From: an uncultured beta proteobacterium
GTDB taxonomy: Bacteria; Pseudomonadota; Gammaproteobacteria; Burkholderiales; SG8-39
Length of the DNA stretch: 64,000 nt
Assembly: GCA_963789885.1 (NCBI GenBank)
Contig: CAWBNB010000033.1
Coordinates: 29,770 to 93,769, forward strand
Direction of reading: 5' to 3'
Both the position numbers and the translations under genes were made by a program. The notes under the pieces were generated by a model. The model had not been told where the DNA came from. It was given only the letters and a program-made list of their open reading frames with translations, and did no database searches. Positions 19,802 through 29,387 of the stretch are shown piece by piece (within the stretch, counting starts at the first letter, position 1; each line of letters starts with the position of its first letter).

Positions 19802-21383
19802 CTAGAGTTTCGCACGCAGGATCGCGAGCGCGGCGAGCCGGCCGGGGGCACCCATCACCCCGCCACCCGGGTGTGTGCCCGAGCCGCACTGCCAGAGCCC
19901 GGCGACCGGCGTCCGGAACTTCGCCCATTCCGGCACCGGCCGGAGGCAAAACATCTGCTGCAGGCTGAGCTCGCCGTGGAAGATGTTGCCCTCGGTGATG
20001 CCGACGACGCGCTCGATGTCGGCCGGAGTCACCACCTGGCGGTGCAGGATCGCGCCCTTGAGGTTCGGCGCGTACTCGGCGAGCGTGTCGATCACCGCGT
20101 CGCCGAACGCCTCGCGCCGCGCGTCGGTCCAGCCGCCCTTGAGATCGTAGGGCGCGTACTGCGCGAAGATCGACATCACGTGCTTGCCGGGCGGCGCCAT
20201 GCCGGGATCGATCATCGACGGGATCACGATGTCCAGGTACGGGCGGCGCGAGAACTCGCCGTACTTCGCCTCGTCGTAGGCGCGCTCGAGATAGTCGACG
20301 CTCGGGCTGATCGAAATGGCGCCGCGGTGATGGGCGCCGCGCCCGGGGAGGCAAGCGAAGTCCGGGAGCTCGCCGAGCGCGAGATTCACCTTGGCCGATG
20401 CGCCGCGGAACCGGAACCGGCGGATCCCTTGCGCGAACTCGCCGGGCAGATGCTTCTCGCCGACGAGCTCGAGGAACGTGCGCCGCGGATCGGCGTTGGA
20501 CAACACCAGGCTGCGCCCGGATCTCGTCGCCGTTGGCGAGCGCCACGCCGGTCGCGCGCCCGTTCTCGACCAGCACGTGCGCGACCGGCGCCTCGGTGCG
20601 GATTTCCGCGCCGGCGGCCCGCGCCGCGGCGGCGATCGCCGCGCTCACCGAGCCGTTGCCGCCCTTCGCGAATCCCCACGCGCGAAACACGCCGTCGAGC
20701 TCGCCCATGTAGTGGTGGAGCAGCACGTACGCGGTGCCGGGCGAGCGCGGGCCGAGGAGCGTGCCGATGATCCCGCTCGCCGACTTGGTGCCTTTGAGCG
20801 CCGGGGTCTCGAACCACTCGTCGAGATAGTCGGCGGCGCTCATCGTGAGCAGCTTGTGGAGCGTATGGAAGCGCTCGGGGCCGAGCCCGCGAAAGTATTT
20901 CGCCAGCCGCCACATGCCCGCGAGATCGCCGGGCGCGAGCGATGCGGGGTCGGGCGGAACCATGCCGAGGATCGGCTTCACCGCGCGCGCCATGAGGTGC
21001 ATCAGGCGGCCGAACTCGTCGTAGGCCTCGGCGTCGCGCGGCGAGTGGCGCGCGAGCTCGCGCCGGTTCCGGTCGTGGTCGTTCCACTGCGCGAGGTAGT
21101 CGCCGTTCGGTAGCGGGGTCAGCGTGCTCTCGAGCGGCAGCACGTGCAGGCCGTGCCGCGGCAGGTCGAGGTCGCGGATGATCTCCGGCCGCAGCAGGCT
21201 GACGACGTAGGAGAACACCGAAAACGTGAAGCCCGGGAAGATCTGCTCGCTCATCGCCGCGCCGCCGACGCGTTCGCGCCGCTCTAGGACGACGACGCGC
21301 TTCCCCGCGCGGGCGAGGTACGCGGCCGCGACGAGGCCGTTGTGGCCGCCGCCGATGACGATCGCGTCGTAGCGGTCAGCCAC
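19802..21383 (-). pseudogene. CrtI-like NAD(P)/FAD-dependent oxidoreductase interrupted by a 1-nt insertion near 20513
   Basis: The N-terminal frame from ATG 21383 reads MADRYDAIVIGGGHNGLVAAAYLARAGKRVVVLE...ANGDEIRA. The C-terminal 234 aa (ORF 19802-20506, ..LSNADPRRTFLELV...GLWQCGSGTHPGGGVMGAPG) lie in the next frame. The total length of 1582 nt equals 527 codons plus 1 nt. Confidence 0.8.
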
Positions 21384-22563
21384 GCTTCCGCTCCGGGTTG
21401 AAGAACGGCTTCTTCACGACTCGCGCCGCGGCCCGCTTGCGCCGGTGCTCCACCGTCACTTCCATCTCGAGCGCGGTCCCCGGCGCTGCCCAGCGCGAGC
21501 GGAGGTGCGCGAGCGCGATGTAGGCCTTGAGGAGCGGCGACCAGACCCCGCTCGTCGCGTAGCCCGCCTGTTCCCCGCCGGCGTAGAGCGGGACGCTCGT
21601 CCGCCACGCCGCTGCCGGGACGCGCGGCGCGAGCCCCGCCTCGAGATAGAGCGCTTCGAACGAGCTCCAGTCGACCTGGACCCCGACGAACTGCCACGCC
21701 GGCCCGCGCTTCGCCTCTGCGGCGAGCGCCGGCTTGCCGACGAACTGTTCCTTGCCCAGGTTCACCGCCCAGCCGAGGTCGAGCTCGAACGGCGACGAGG
21801 TCTGGCTCTCGATCAGCGCCTTGTTCGCCGGCACGTAGTCCACGTCGAGCAGCATGAGGCCCGCTTCGACCCGCGCGACGTCGAGCGCGAGCATCCCCGC
21901 AGGCGTGATCCCGTACGGGGTGCCGGCCTCGATGAGCGCGTCCCATATGGCGAGCGCGTCGGCCGTGCCCATCCAGATCTCGTAGCCGAGATCGCCGGTG
22001 TAGCCGGTGCGCGTGATCGTGACCGGGACGTTGCGGAGCTTCGCCGCGGTCATGCGGAAGTACCTGAGCCGCGCCAGGTCTGCATCGCAGACCTGCTCGA
22101 GGATCGCGCGCGAGGAGGGTCCCTGGAGGGCGAGCGCGGCGACCGAGTCGGAGACGTCCTCGATCGCGACGGCGAGGCCGAGCGCGTTGTCCTGGAACCA
22201 GCGGAGATTCGGCTCGGCCGAGGTCACGCGGAACGTTTCGCCGTCGAGCCGGGTGACCGTGCCGTCGTCGAGCACCTTCCCGGCGCCGTCGCACCACGGC
22301 GTGTACAGCACCTGGCCGGGTTGCGAGCGGTCGACGTCGCGCGTCACGACGCGGTCGAGGAGACGCGCCGCATCCTTGCCGCGCACCAGATACTTATAGA
22401 GCGGGGAGATGTCGAGCAGCGCTGCCGCACCCCGGATCGCGTGATATTCGCGCTCGTGCGCGAGCTCGTACGAGCTGGCGACGACGTAGCCCGCCCAGCG
22501 CCGCCAGGCGTGGCTCGCGCACAGCGCGGCCGTGCGTTCGTGGAACGGCGTGGTTTTCAGCAT
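21376..22563 (-). CDS. Aminomethyltransferase (GcvT)-family protein
   Basis: 395-aa ORF with a GcvT-fold pattern (MLKTTPFHERT...YHAIRGAAALLDISPLYKYLVRGKDA...). Its stop overlaps the downstream start by 8 nt. Confidence 0.8.
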   Translation of the reverse strand: MLKTTPFHERTAALCASHAWRRWAGYVVASSYELAHEREYHAIRGAAALLDISPLYKYLVRGKDAARLLDRVVTRDVDRSQPGQVLYTPWCDGAGKVLDDGTVTRLDGETFRVTSAEPNLRWFQDNALGLAVAIEDVSDSVAALALQGPSSRAILEQVCDADLARLRYFRMTAAKLRNVPVTITRTGYTGDLGYEIWMGTADALAIWDALIEAGTPYGITPAGMLALDVARVEAGLMLLDVDYVPANKALIESQTSSPFELDLGWAVNLGKEQFVGKPALAAEAKRGPAWQFVGVQVDWSSFEALYLEAGLAPRVPAAAWRTSVPLYAGGEQAGYATSGVWSPLLKAYIALAHLRSRWAAPGTALEMEVTVEHRRKRAAARVVKKPFFNPERKRG

Positions 22564-22625
22564 CGGGGGCGGCGAAGTTTAACCGGCTCGCGTGAACCGC
22601 TGCGCGTTCGGTCTAGAATTGCTCG

Positions 22626-23735
22626 ATGACCCTCCCGCCGCCCGCCGCACCGGGAATGCCGCTCGCCGAGGTCGATACCCCGGCGCTCCTCCTCGATCTC
22701 GACCGCTTCGAGCGCAACGTCGCGGCGATGGCCGAGGCGACGCGCGGGATCCGCCTCCGCCCCCATGCGAAGGCGCACAAGTGCCCGGAGATCGCGCTGC
22801 GGCAGATCGCCGCCGGCGCGGTCGGCGTGTGCTGCCAGAAGGTGAGCGAGGCGGCGGCGATGGTCGACGGCGGCGTTGCCGACGTGCTCGTGTCGAACGA
22901 GATCGTCGGGGGCGCCAAGCTCGCACGGCTTGCGGAGCTCGCGCAGCGCGCGCGGGTGAGCGTCTGCGTCGACGACGCCGGCAACGTCGGGGCGCTCGAC
23001 GACGCGGCGCGCGCCGCGGGCGTGCGGATCGACACGCTGGTCGAGGTGAACGTCGGGGCGAACCGCTGCGGCGTCGAGCCCGGCGAACCGGTGCTGCGCC
23101 TCGCGCGCGCGGTCAGCGGTTCACGCAATCTCCGCTTCGCCGGGATCCACGCCTACCACGGCGCCGCACAGCACCTGCGCTCGGTGGCCGAGCGGAGCGC
23201 CGCGATTGCGGTCGCGGCGGAGAAGGCGCGCCGCACGCGCGACCTGCTCGAGGACGAAGGCCTCGAATGCGAGAGCGTGACCGGCGCCGGCACCGGCAGC
23301 TTCCTCTTCGAGCGCGGGAGCGGCGTCTGGACCGAGCTCCAGCCGGGCTCCTACATCTTCATGGACGCGGACTACGGCCGGAACGCGTGGGAGGGATTCC
23401 CGGGCTTCGAGCAGAGCCTGTACATCTGGACGACGGCGATGAGCGTGCCGGCGCCCGGCCGCGTGATCGTCGACGCGGGGCTCAAGGCGCACAGCTTCGA
23501 CTCGGGGAATCCGCTCGTCGCCGGCTGGCCGGGCGTGGAGTACATCCGCGGGTCGGACGAGCACGGCGTGCTAAAGGTTCCCTCGGGCGCGCGCGCGCCG
23601 ACGCTCGGCGAGAAGCTCCGGCTGATCCCGGGCCACTGCGACCCGACCGTCAACCTCTACGACTGGCTGGTGTGCTATCGCGGCGAGCGCGTCGAAGCGC
23701 TCTGGCCGGTCGCGGCGCGCGGGGCGTTCTACTAG
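22626..23735 (+). CDS. DSD1-family PLP-dependent enzyme (D-serine dehydratase / D-threonine aldolase-like)
   Basis: 369-aa ORF with an alanine-racemase-N fold. The PLP-Lys context is RLRPHAKAHKCPEIA, and the C-terminal motif is GHCDPTVNLYDWL. Confidence 0.8.
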   Translation: MTLPPPAAPGMPLAEVDTPALLLDLDRFERNVAAMAEATRGIRLRPHAKAHKCPEIALRQIAAGAVGVCCQKVSEAAAMVDGGVADVLVSNEIVGGAKLARLAELAQRARVSVCVDDAGNVGALDDAARAAGVRIDTLVEVNVGANRCGVEPGEPVLRLARAVSGSRNLRFAGIHAYHGAAQHLRSVAERSAAIAVAAEKARRTRDLLEDEGLECESVTGAGTGSFLFERGSGVWTELQPGSYIFMDADYGRNAWEGFPGFEQSLYIWTTAMSVPAPGRVIVDAGLKAHSFDSGNPLVAGWPGVEYIRGSDEHGVLKVPSGARAPTLGEKLRLIPGHCDPTVNLYDWLVCYRGERVEALWPVAARGAFY

Positions 23736-23747
23736 CGGCCGGGCAGA

Positions 23748-24173
23748 CTACTTGGTCGCGGCGCGCCGGGGGACCGGTTCGAGGAGAAGGTCGCGCCTGG
23801 TCGGGTTGCCCTGCGTGATCACCGGCGCGGCCTGCAGCGTCGCGAACCAGACCTCGGCCCCGACGACGACCTTGGCGAAGATCCCGTACAGGCCTGACTT
23901 GTCGATCGCCTGCGCGGGGTACTCCAGCTGGTAGGGCCACGCGACCGGCTTCGGATCGAGGAACGTCAGCTCGGAAATGACGCTCGCGGACGTCATCGGA
24001 CGCGACAGGTCGACGAGCTGCAGGACCACCTTCGCGTTCTTCGGGAACGAGGTCGCACCGCGATAGTTGATCGTGCCGATCACGACGCTCTCGTCGCCGT
24101 CGGGGTTGGCGGAGGCGAAGGGCGCGGCGAGCGCGCAGAGGAGGGCGAGGAGGCTGGCGAACGTCCGATGCAT
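23748..24173 (-). CDS. YbaY-like exported protein
   Basis: Lies in ORF 23748-24281, with the start at ATG 24173. MHRTFASLLALLCALAAPFASA is a signal peptide. The YbaY-like body reads VVIGTINYRG..KVVLQLVDLSR... Confidence 0.55.
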   Translation of the reverse strand: MHRTFASLLALLCALAAPFASANPDGDESVVIGTINYRGATSFPKNAKVVLQLVDLSRPMTSASVISELTFLDPKPVAWPYQLEYPAQAIDKSGLYGIFAKVVVGAEVWFATLQAAPVITQGNPTRRDLLLEPVPRRAATK

Positions 24174-24312
24174 AGGATGGCCCGGTTCCCGAGAAGCGAT
24201 GGACGCTAAGTTAGTCCTCCCCCGCGGGTGCGGCAAGGAGATTCGCCGCCGTTCGTGGCGCCGGCGCGACATAATTCCCATGTCATAAACCGGGCCCGCG
24301 CCCGGCGGCGTG

Positions 24313-25509
24313 TCAGGCCGCCGCTTTCGCCGGCGCCGCCGCCGCGGCCGTCACCCGCTCGCCCGGGAACGCGAGCGCCGAGAGCAGCGTCAGGACCGCG
24401 ACCGCGGCGAGGAGCGCGAACAGCGGCTGGAAGTCGCCGTAGGTCCGGTGCACCCACGCGATCAGCGGCACCGCGGTCGCGCTCGCGCCGAACGAGACCA
24501 CGTAGCGCACCGAGTAGGCGCGCGCGCGCCACTCGTCGGCGGTGTAGCGCGCGATCATCGCGTCGTTGATCGGGATCTGGCCGAAGACGAAGAACATCAT
24601 CGCCACCGCGACGACCAGCATCGCGTAGCCGGAGAGCGAGCCGGCGGCCAGGAGCAGCGGCACCTGCATCAGCGCCACGACGACGAACACGCTCTTCACC
24701 GACTTCTTGTCCATCCACCACCCGACGAGGAGCTGGGCCATCGCGGCGATCAGGTAAGTGGCGCACACCAGCAGCCCGATGCCGAAGTTGGTGTCGGCGA
24801 GCGCGGCGAGCCGCTCGTCGAAGACCTTGGGCATCGACACCGTCGTCGCGTTGAAGATCAGGCCGCCGCAGGCGGTCGCTACGGCGACGACCAGGAACAC
24901 CCGCGCGAGCAGCGCGCGCGGGAGGCGCGCCGGAGGCTTCTTCACCGCGCCCTTGCCGAGCGCGATGCCCTGCGCCGCCCAGACGAAGCCGAAGCCGGCG
25001 GCGATGCAGAGCGCGCCCGGCACGAAGAACGCCGCGCGCCAGCCGGCGAGGTCCGCGAGCGCGCCGGTCAGCAGCGCGGCGAACGCGAGCCCGGCGTTGC
25101 CCCACACGCCGTTCACGCCGAGCGTGCGGCCGAGGTTGGGCTGGTTCGAGACGAGCATCGCGATGCCGACCGGGTGGTAGATCGCGGCGAACATGCCGAT
25201 CGCCGTGAGGCCGAGCGCGAGCTCGACCGGCGTGCGTGCGAACCCGGTCAGGATCGTGGCGCTGCCGATCCCGAAGAAGAAGAGCTTCATCATCCCGCTC
25301 CGGCTCCAGTGGTCGGCGAGCCAGCCGGCGGGAATCGAGAACGCGCCGAAGGCGATGAAGCCGCCGAGCGCGAGCGGGAGGAGGTCCGAGTACGGCCGCT
25401 GCCACGCCGCGCCGATCGCGAGCACCGCGGTCGGGAAGATCAGCATCGCCAGATGGTCGACGAAGTGGCCGACGTTCAGGAAGAGGTCGAGGCGGGCGGG
25501 GTTTTTCAT
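24313..25509 (-). CDS. MFS transporter
   Basis: Lies in ORF 24313-25560, with the start probably at ATG 25509 (MKNPARLDLFLNVGHFVDH...). It is a polytopic membrane protein of about 12 TM segments. Confidence 0.8.
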   Translation of the reverse strand: MKNPARLDLFLNVGHFVDHLAMLIFPTAVLAIGAAWQRPYSDLLPLALGGFIAFGAFSIPAGWLADHWSRSGMMKLFFFGIGSATILTGFARTPVELALGLTAIGMFAAIYHPVGIAMLVSNQPNLGRTLGVNGVWGNAGLAFAALLTGALADLAGWRAAFFVPGALCIAAGFGFVWAAQGIALGKGAVKKPPARLPRALLARVFLVVAVATACGGLIFNATTVSMPKVFDERLAALADTNFGIGLLVCATYLIAAMAQLLVGWWMDKKSVKSVFVVVALMQVPLLLAAGSLSGYAMLVVAVAMMFFVFGQIPINDAMIARYTADEWRARAYSVRYVVSFGASATAVPLIAWVHRTYGDFQPLFALLAAVAVLTLLSALAFPGERVTAAAAAPAKAAA

Positions 25510-25563
25510 GGTGCGGATCGTAGCGCGGCCGGCCCCGTCCGGCACGCGAGAGTCCGACAAGAT

Positions 25564-26331
25564 CTATCGCGGTTCGGCCAGGGCTCTGACGCGCATCACC
25601 ACGCCGGCGGCGACGAGGCCGGCGGCGAACGCCACCGGAAATCCGACGAGCACCCCCAGGGCGGGCAGCGCCGTCGCGACGACGAGCTGGAACGCGGCGA
25701 ACGCGAAGAGGCCCGACAGGAAGCCGGCGAGGAGCCGCACGGTCGCGTCGCTGCCGTGAAGGGCGAGCGCGAAGCTGGGCAGGACCGAGCCGGTGATCGG
25801 GAACGCGAGCAGGATCCCCGAGATGCGCGGGCCGAAGAAGCTCGCGCCGAGCGTCACCGCTGCCGCGATCGCCAGCGCGGCCGCCACGCGGACCGCCATT
25901 TCCGAGCCGGGAATCGGCACCGGTCCGATCGCGCGCTTTGCCGCGGGCAGCTTTGCGAGCATTGCGCCCAGCGCGAGCAGCGTGATGCCCGCGCCGGCGA
26001 GCGGCGGTATCGGAACCGCACCAAGCGCCGCGGCGGCTGCGACGAACGCCGCCCAGCCGAGGAGGAGCGAGGCGATCCACCCGAACCGCCGCGAAGCGTG
26101 CGCAAACACGAAGCAGTGGAGCGCTGCGGCGCCGGTGACCTGAAGCGTCGCGGCCGCGGCATCGGCGGCGAACTCCACCCCCTGGTCGAGCGCGAGGAAG
26201 ACGCTGATCGGCCCGGCGATGAGCGGCAGGCCGCTGATCCAGCCGGTCGCCGCGTGTCCCCACCGGCGTCCCGCGACGCTTGCGAGCCAGACGACGAGCG
26301 GGACGAGCGCGAGCTTGAGGAGGGCGGCCAT
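25564..26331 (-). CDS. Polytopic membrane protein of unknown function
   Basis: Lies in ORF 25564-26397, with the start at ATG 26331 (MAALLKLALVPLVVWLASVAGRRWG...). It is very hydrophobic throughout. A decayed copy of its 5' part lies at 31211-31417. Confidence 0.65.
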   Translation of the reverse strand: MAALLKLALVPLVVWLASVAGRRWGHAATGWISGLPLIAGPISVFLALDQGVEFAADAAAATLQVTGAAALHCFVFAHASRRFGWIASLLLGWAAFVAAAAALGAVPIPPLAGAGITLLALGAMLAKLPAAKRAIGPVPIPGSEMAVRVAAALAIAAAVTLGASFFGPRISGILLAFPITGSVLPSFALALHGSDATVRLLAGFLSGLFAFAAFQLVVATALPALGVLVGFPVAFAAGLVAAGVVMRVRALAEPR

Positions 26332-26489
26332 CGAGGGCGGGCGGGGCGGGGAATGATACCCGCTGAAGGCAGTCGCCCGCGATCGCGCTCGATGCACTGT
26401 GCATTGTCTTCCGCGCGGTGTTCGTCCGCGAGGCGTGAGTCTCGCGTGGCGGCGAGCGAGCGCTCGCCGGTGTTGGGCCCGCGGCGGGC

Positions 26490-27332
26490 CTACTTCATCG
26501 CGCCGCCGGTGATTCCGGCGATGAAGCGGTCGAGGAACATGTTGTACAGGATCGCGAACGGGATGCTCGTGATCAGGGCCGCCGCCATCAGCGATCCCCA
26601 GTAGAAGATGTCCCCGCGCACGAGATCGGTCGCCACGCCGAGGGTCACCGGCACCTGGTTTTCCGACGAGATGAACGTCAGCGCGTAGATGAACTCCTGC
26701 ATCGTCAGGGTGAACGTGAAGATCACCACCGTCAGGAGGCCCGGCACGGAAACGGGCAGGACCACTTTCACGAACGCTCCCAGCAGGCTACAGCCGTCCA
26801 CGATCGCCGCTTCCTCGATCGCCCGCGGGATCGACTTGAAGAAGCCCATCAGCAGCCAGGTGCAGAACGGTATCGTGAAGGTCGGATAGACGAGCACGAG
26901 CGACCACATGGAGTCCTGGAGGCCGAGGAGGGAGACCACCCGCGCGAGCGGCAGGAACAGCAGGGTCGGCGGGACCAGGTAGGTGAGGAAGATGCCGATT
27001 CCCAGGTTCTCCGCCTTCGTGCCGCCCATCCGCGCGAGGCTGTAGCCCGCCGGCACGGCGGTGAGCAGCGTGATGACCACCACGACCGTGCCGATCACGA
27101 GCGAGTTCTCGATCCAGCGGAGGAACGAGGTCTGGGTGAAGAGCAGCGTGATGTGGTCCAGCGTCGGCGGCTGATTGAACCAGAAGGGGTTGGACTCGAG
27201 ATTGTAGAGATCGCCGTCGCGCTTGAAGGCGGTGATGATCATCCAGTAGAACGGGAACGCCGCGAACACCAGCAGGCCGGCGAGGGCGGCGACGAAGCCG
27301 CCCTCCTGCGCGAGCTTCCGGAGGGTCGCCAT
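26490..27332 (-). CDS. Carbohydrate ABC transporter permease (MalG-like)
   Basis: 280-aa ORF with an EAA-loop region (PRAIEEAAIVDGCSLLGAF). Confidence 0.9.
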   Translation of the reverse strand: MATLRKLAQEGGFVAALAGLLVFAAFPFYWMIITAFKRDGDLYNLESNPFWFNQPPTLDHITLLFTQTSFLRWIENSLVIGTVVVVITLLTAVPAGYSLARMGGTKAENLGIGIFLTYLVPPTLLFLPLARVVSLLGLQDSMWSLVLVYPTFTIPFCTWLLMGFFKSIPRAIEEAAIVDGCSLLGAFVKVVLPVSVPGLLTVVIFTFTLTMQEFIYALTFISSENQVPVTLGVATDLVRGDIFYWGSLMAAALITSIPFAILYNMFLDRFIAGITGGAMK

Positions 27333-28256
27333 TCAGATCTCCCGCCGGCGCAGGAAGCGGAGGAGGAAGAAGGTCGCCACGAGCAGGAACGGGAAGAGGT
27401 ACAGGGAGATCGCGGCGCCCCGGCCGACGTCTCCGGACAGGATCCCCACCTGGAAGGCGAGGGAGCCCAGCACCTGGGTGCTGTTGGTCGGGCCGCCCTT
27501 GGTGAGCAGGTAGACGACGCTCATGTCGGTGAACGTGAACACCAGCCCGAACAGCATGGCGACCATCATGATCGGCAGGATCATCGGCAGGACGATCTGG
27601 AAAGTCCGCCGCCAGTACCCGGCGCCGTCGATGTAGGTCGCGTCGATGACCGCCTTCGGCACCGAGGTCAGGCCGGCGAGGAAGATGATGGCGGAGAAGG
27701 GAAACAGCCGCCACGCCTGCACCACGATGATCGAGATCATCGCGAGCCCCTCCTCGCCCAGCCAGTTCGGCCAGACCGAGGCCGGCACGAGGTGGGCGTG
27801 GACCAGCACCCAGTTGACCACGCTGTACATCGAGTCGAGCATCCAGCGCCAGGTGATCGCCGCGAGGGCGACCGGCACCGCCCAGGGCAGGATCAGCAGG
27901 CAGCGCGCCACCTTCCGGCCGGGGAATTCCCGCATGAGGAGCAGCGCGGTGATCTTGCCGAGAACGAGCGCGAGCAGGTTCGAGCCGATCGTGAACACGA
28001 AGGTGTTCAGCAGGGTGGTGCGAAAGATCTCGCTCTTGCTGACGGCGATGAAGTTCTGCAGGCCGACGAACGAGAAGCTGAGCGTGCCCAGGTTGTAGGC
28101 GCTCACGCTGTAGTACAGCGCCAGGAAGAACGGCACGGCGACGAGCAGCAGGATGTAGAGGATCGCCGGCGCCAGCAGCAGCGGGCCGAGCGCGTCCGCC
28201 TCGTCGAGGAAGAACCGGAAGCGGCGCTGACGCGGCGGGGCGAGGACGGATTCCAT
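27333..28256 (-). CDS. Carbohydrate ABC transporter permease (MalF-like)
   Basis: 307-aa ORF directly abutting the downstream permease, with an EAA-like loop (PKAVIDATYIDGAGYWRRTF). Confidence 0.9.
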   Translation of the reverse strand: MESVLAPPRQRRFRFFLDEADALGPLLLAPAILYILLLVAVPFFLALYYSVSAYNLGTLSFSFVGLQNFIAVSKSEIFRTTLLNTFVFTIGSNLLALVLGKITALLLMREFPGRKVARCLLILPWAVPVALAAITWRWMLDSMYSVVNWVLVHAHLVPASVWPNWLGEEGLAMISIIVVQAWRLFPFSAIIFLAGLTSVPKAVIDATYIDGAGYWRRTFQIVLPMILPIMMVAMLFGLVFTFTDMSVVYLLTKGGPTNSTQVLGSLAFQVGILSGDVGRGAAISLYLFPFLLVATFFLLRFLRRREI

Positions 28257-28260
28257 CGCG

Positions 28261-29295
28261 TCACCTCCGCGCGTTCGGCAGTCGCTTGCCCGAGGCCTTG
28301 TCGAAGTACCTCAGGTCCTTCGGGTGCACCGTGAACGGATAGGTTTCCCCTTCGCGCAGCACCGGCTCCGCGATGTGCGACGAAAGCCGTGCGGTGTACT
28401 CCGCGCCGTTCGTCTGACTGTCGATGTAACCGTAGAGGACGCGCTCGTTCCCCAGGTACTCGATCCGCTGCACCTTGAAAGCGTAGCGCGCGGGCTCGAT
28501 CCCCTTCTGCTGCAGATCGCGGTGGAGGAAGTTCTCCGGCCGGAAGCCCTCGATCCGGCCGTCCCGCTCGAGGAGGTTCATCGGCGGCGCGCCGAGAAAC
28601 GCGGCGACGAAGGTGTCCGCCGGCTCCTCGTAGATCTCGCTCGGCGTGCCCACCTGCCGCAGCCTGCCGTGCTCGAGCACCGCGATCCGGTCGCCGAGCC
28701 CCATCGCCTCCACCTGGTCGTGCGTGACGTAGATCGTGGTGGTGCCGATGCCGCGCTGGAATTCCTTGAGCTCGTTGCGTGCGCTCGTGCGCAGCTTGGC
28801 GTCGAGGTTGGAGAGCGGTTCGTCGAGCAGGAACACCGTGGGCTCGCGCACCAGGGCGCGCGCGAGCGCCACCCGTTGCTGCTCGCCGCCGGAGAGCTGG
28901 CGCGGCTTGCGGTCGAGCAGGCGGGTGATGCCCAGGATGCCGGCCGCCCACGCGACCTTCCGCTCGATCACGTCGCCGGGCGTGCGCTGGGTGCGCAGCG
29001 GGAACGCGATGTTGTCGCGCACCTTGAGGTGCGGATACAGCCCGTAGCCCTGGAACACCATCGCGATCCCGCGCGCCCGCGGCGGCATGTCGTTGACGAC
29101 CTGGTTGCCGATGAGGATCTCGCCGGAGGTCGGCTTCTCCAGACCCGCGATCATGCGCAGGATGGTCGTCTTGCCGCAGCCGGAAGGGCCGAGGAACACC
29201 ATGCATTCGCCGTCCCGGACGTCGAGGTCCACGCCGTTGACGGCGGGGACATCGCCGAACAGCTTGCGCAACTGCTTCGCAACGACTTGCCCCAT
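28261..29295 (-). CDS. ABC transporter ATP-binding protein (MalK/UgpC-like)
   Basis: 344-aa ORF with Walker [10 protein letters not shown], signature [15 protein letters not shown], Walker [12 protein letters not shown] and a C-terminal regulatory domain. Confidence 0.9.
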   Translation of the reverse strand: MGQVVAKQLRKLFGDVPAVNGVDLDVRDGECMVFLGPSGCGKTTILRMIAGLEKPTSGEILIGNQVVNDMPPRARGIAMVFQGYGLYPHLKVRDNIAFPLRTQRTPGDVIERKVAWAAGILGITRLLDRKPRQLSGGEQQRVALARALVREPTVFLLDEPLSNLDAKLRTSARNELKEFQRGIGTTTIYVTHDQVEAMGLGDRIAVLEHGRLRQVGTPSEIYEEPADTFVAAFLGAPPMNLLERDGRIEGFRPENFLHRDLQQKGIEPARYAFKVQRIEYLGNERVLYGYIDSQTNGAEYTARLSSHIAEPVLREGETYPFTVHPKDLRYFDKASGKRLPNARR

Positions 29296-29387
29296 GCGGT
29301 GCCCTCCGGCCTCCAGCGCGGCTGCGCTCGCAATCGGCCGGCTTCCGCGCGCGGGAGGAAGCCGGCGGCGACTGCCTCAGTGCCGGT

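Noticed and set aside
18438-21383. 981-aa ORF, which might have been a giant multidomain protein
   Set aside because: Only the first ~290 aa are genuine CrtI-like sequence. After the frameshift at about 20513 the translation becomes Arg/Pro/Ala noise and runs off-frame through benE.
24206-26604. Two very long ORFs (732 aa minus strand, 764 aa plus strand)
   Set aside because: They are off-frame or antisense shadows of the MFS transporter and the membrane-protein gene, with an extreme Arg/Gly/Asp/Glu bias.
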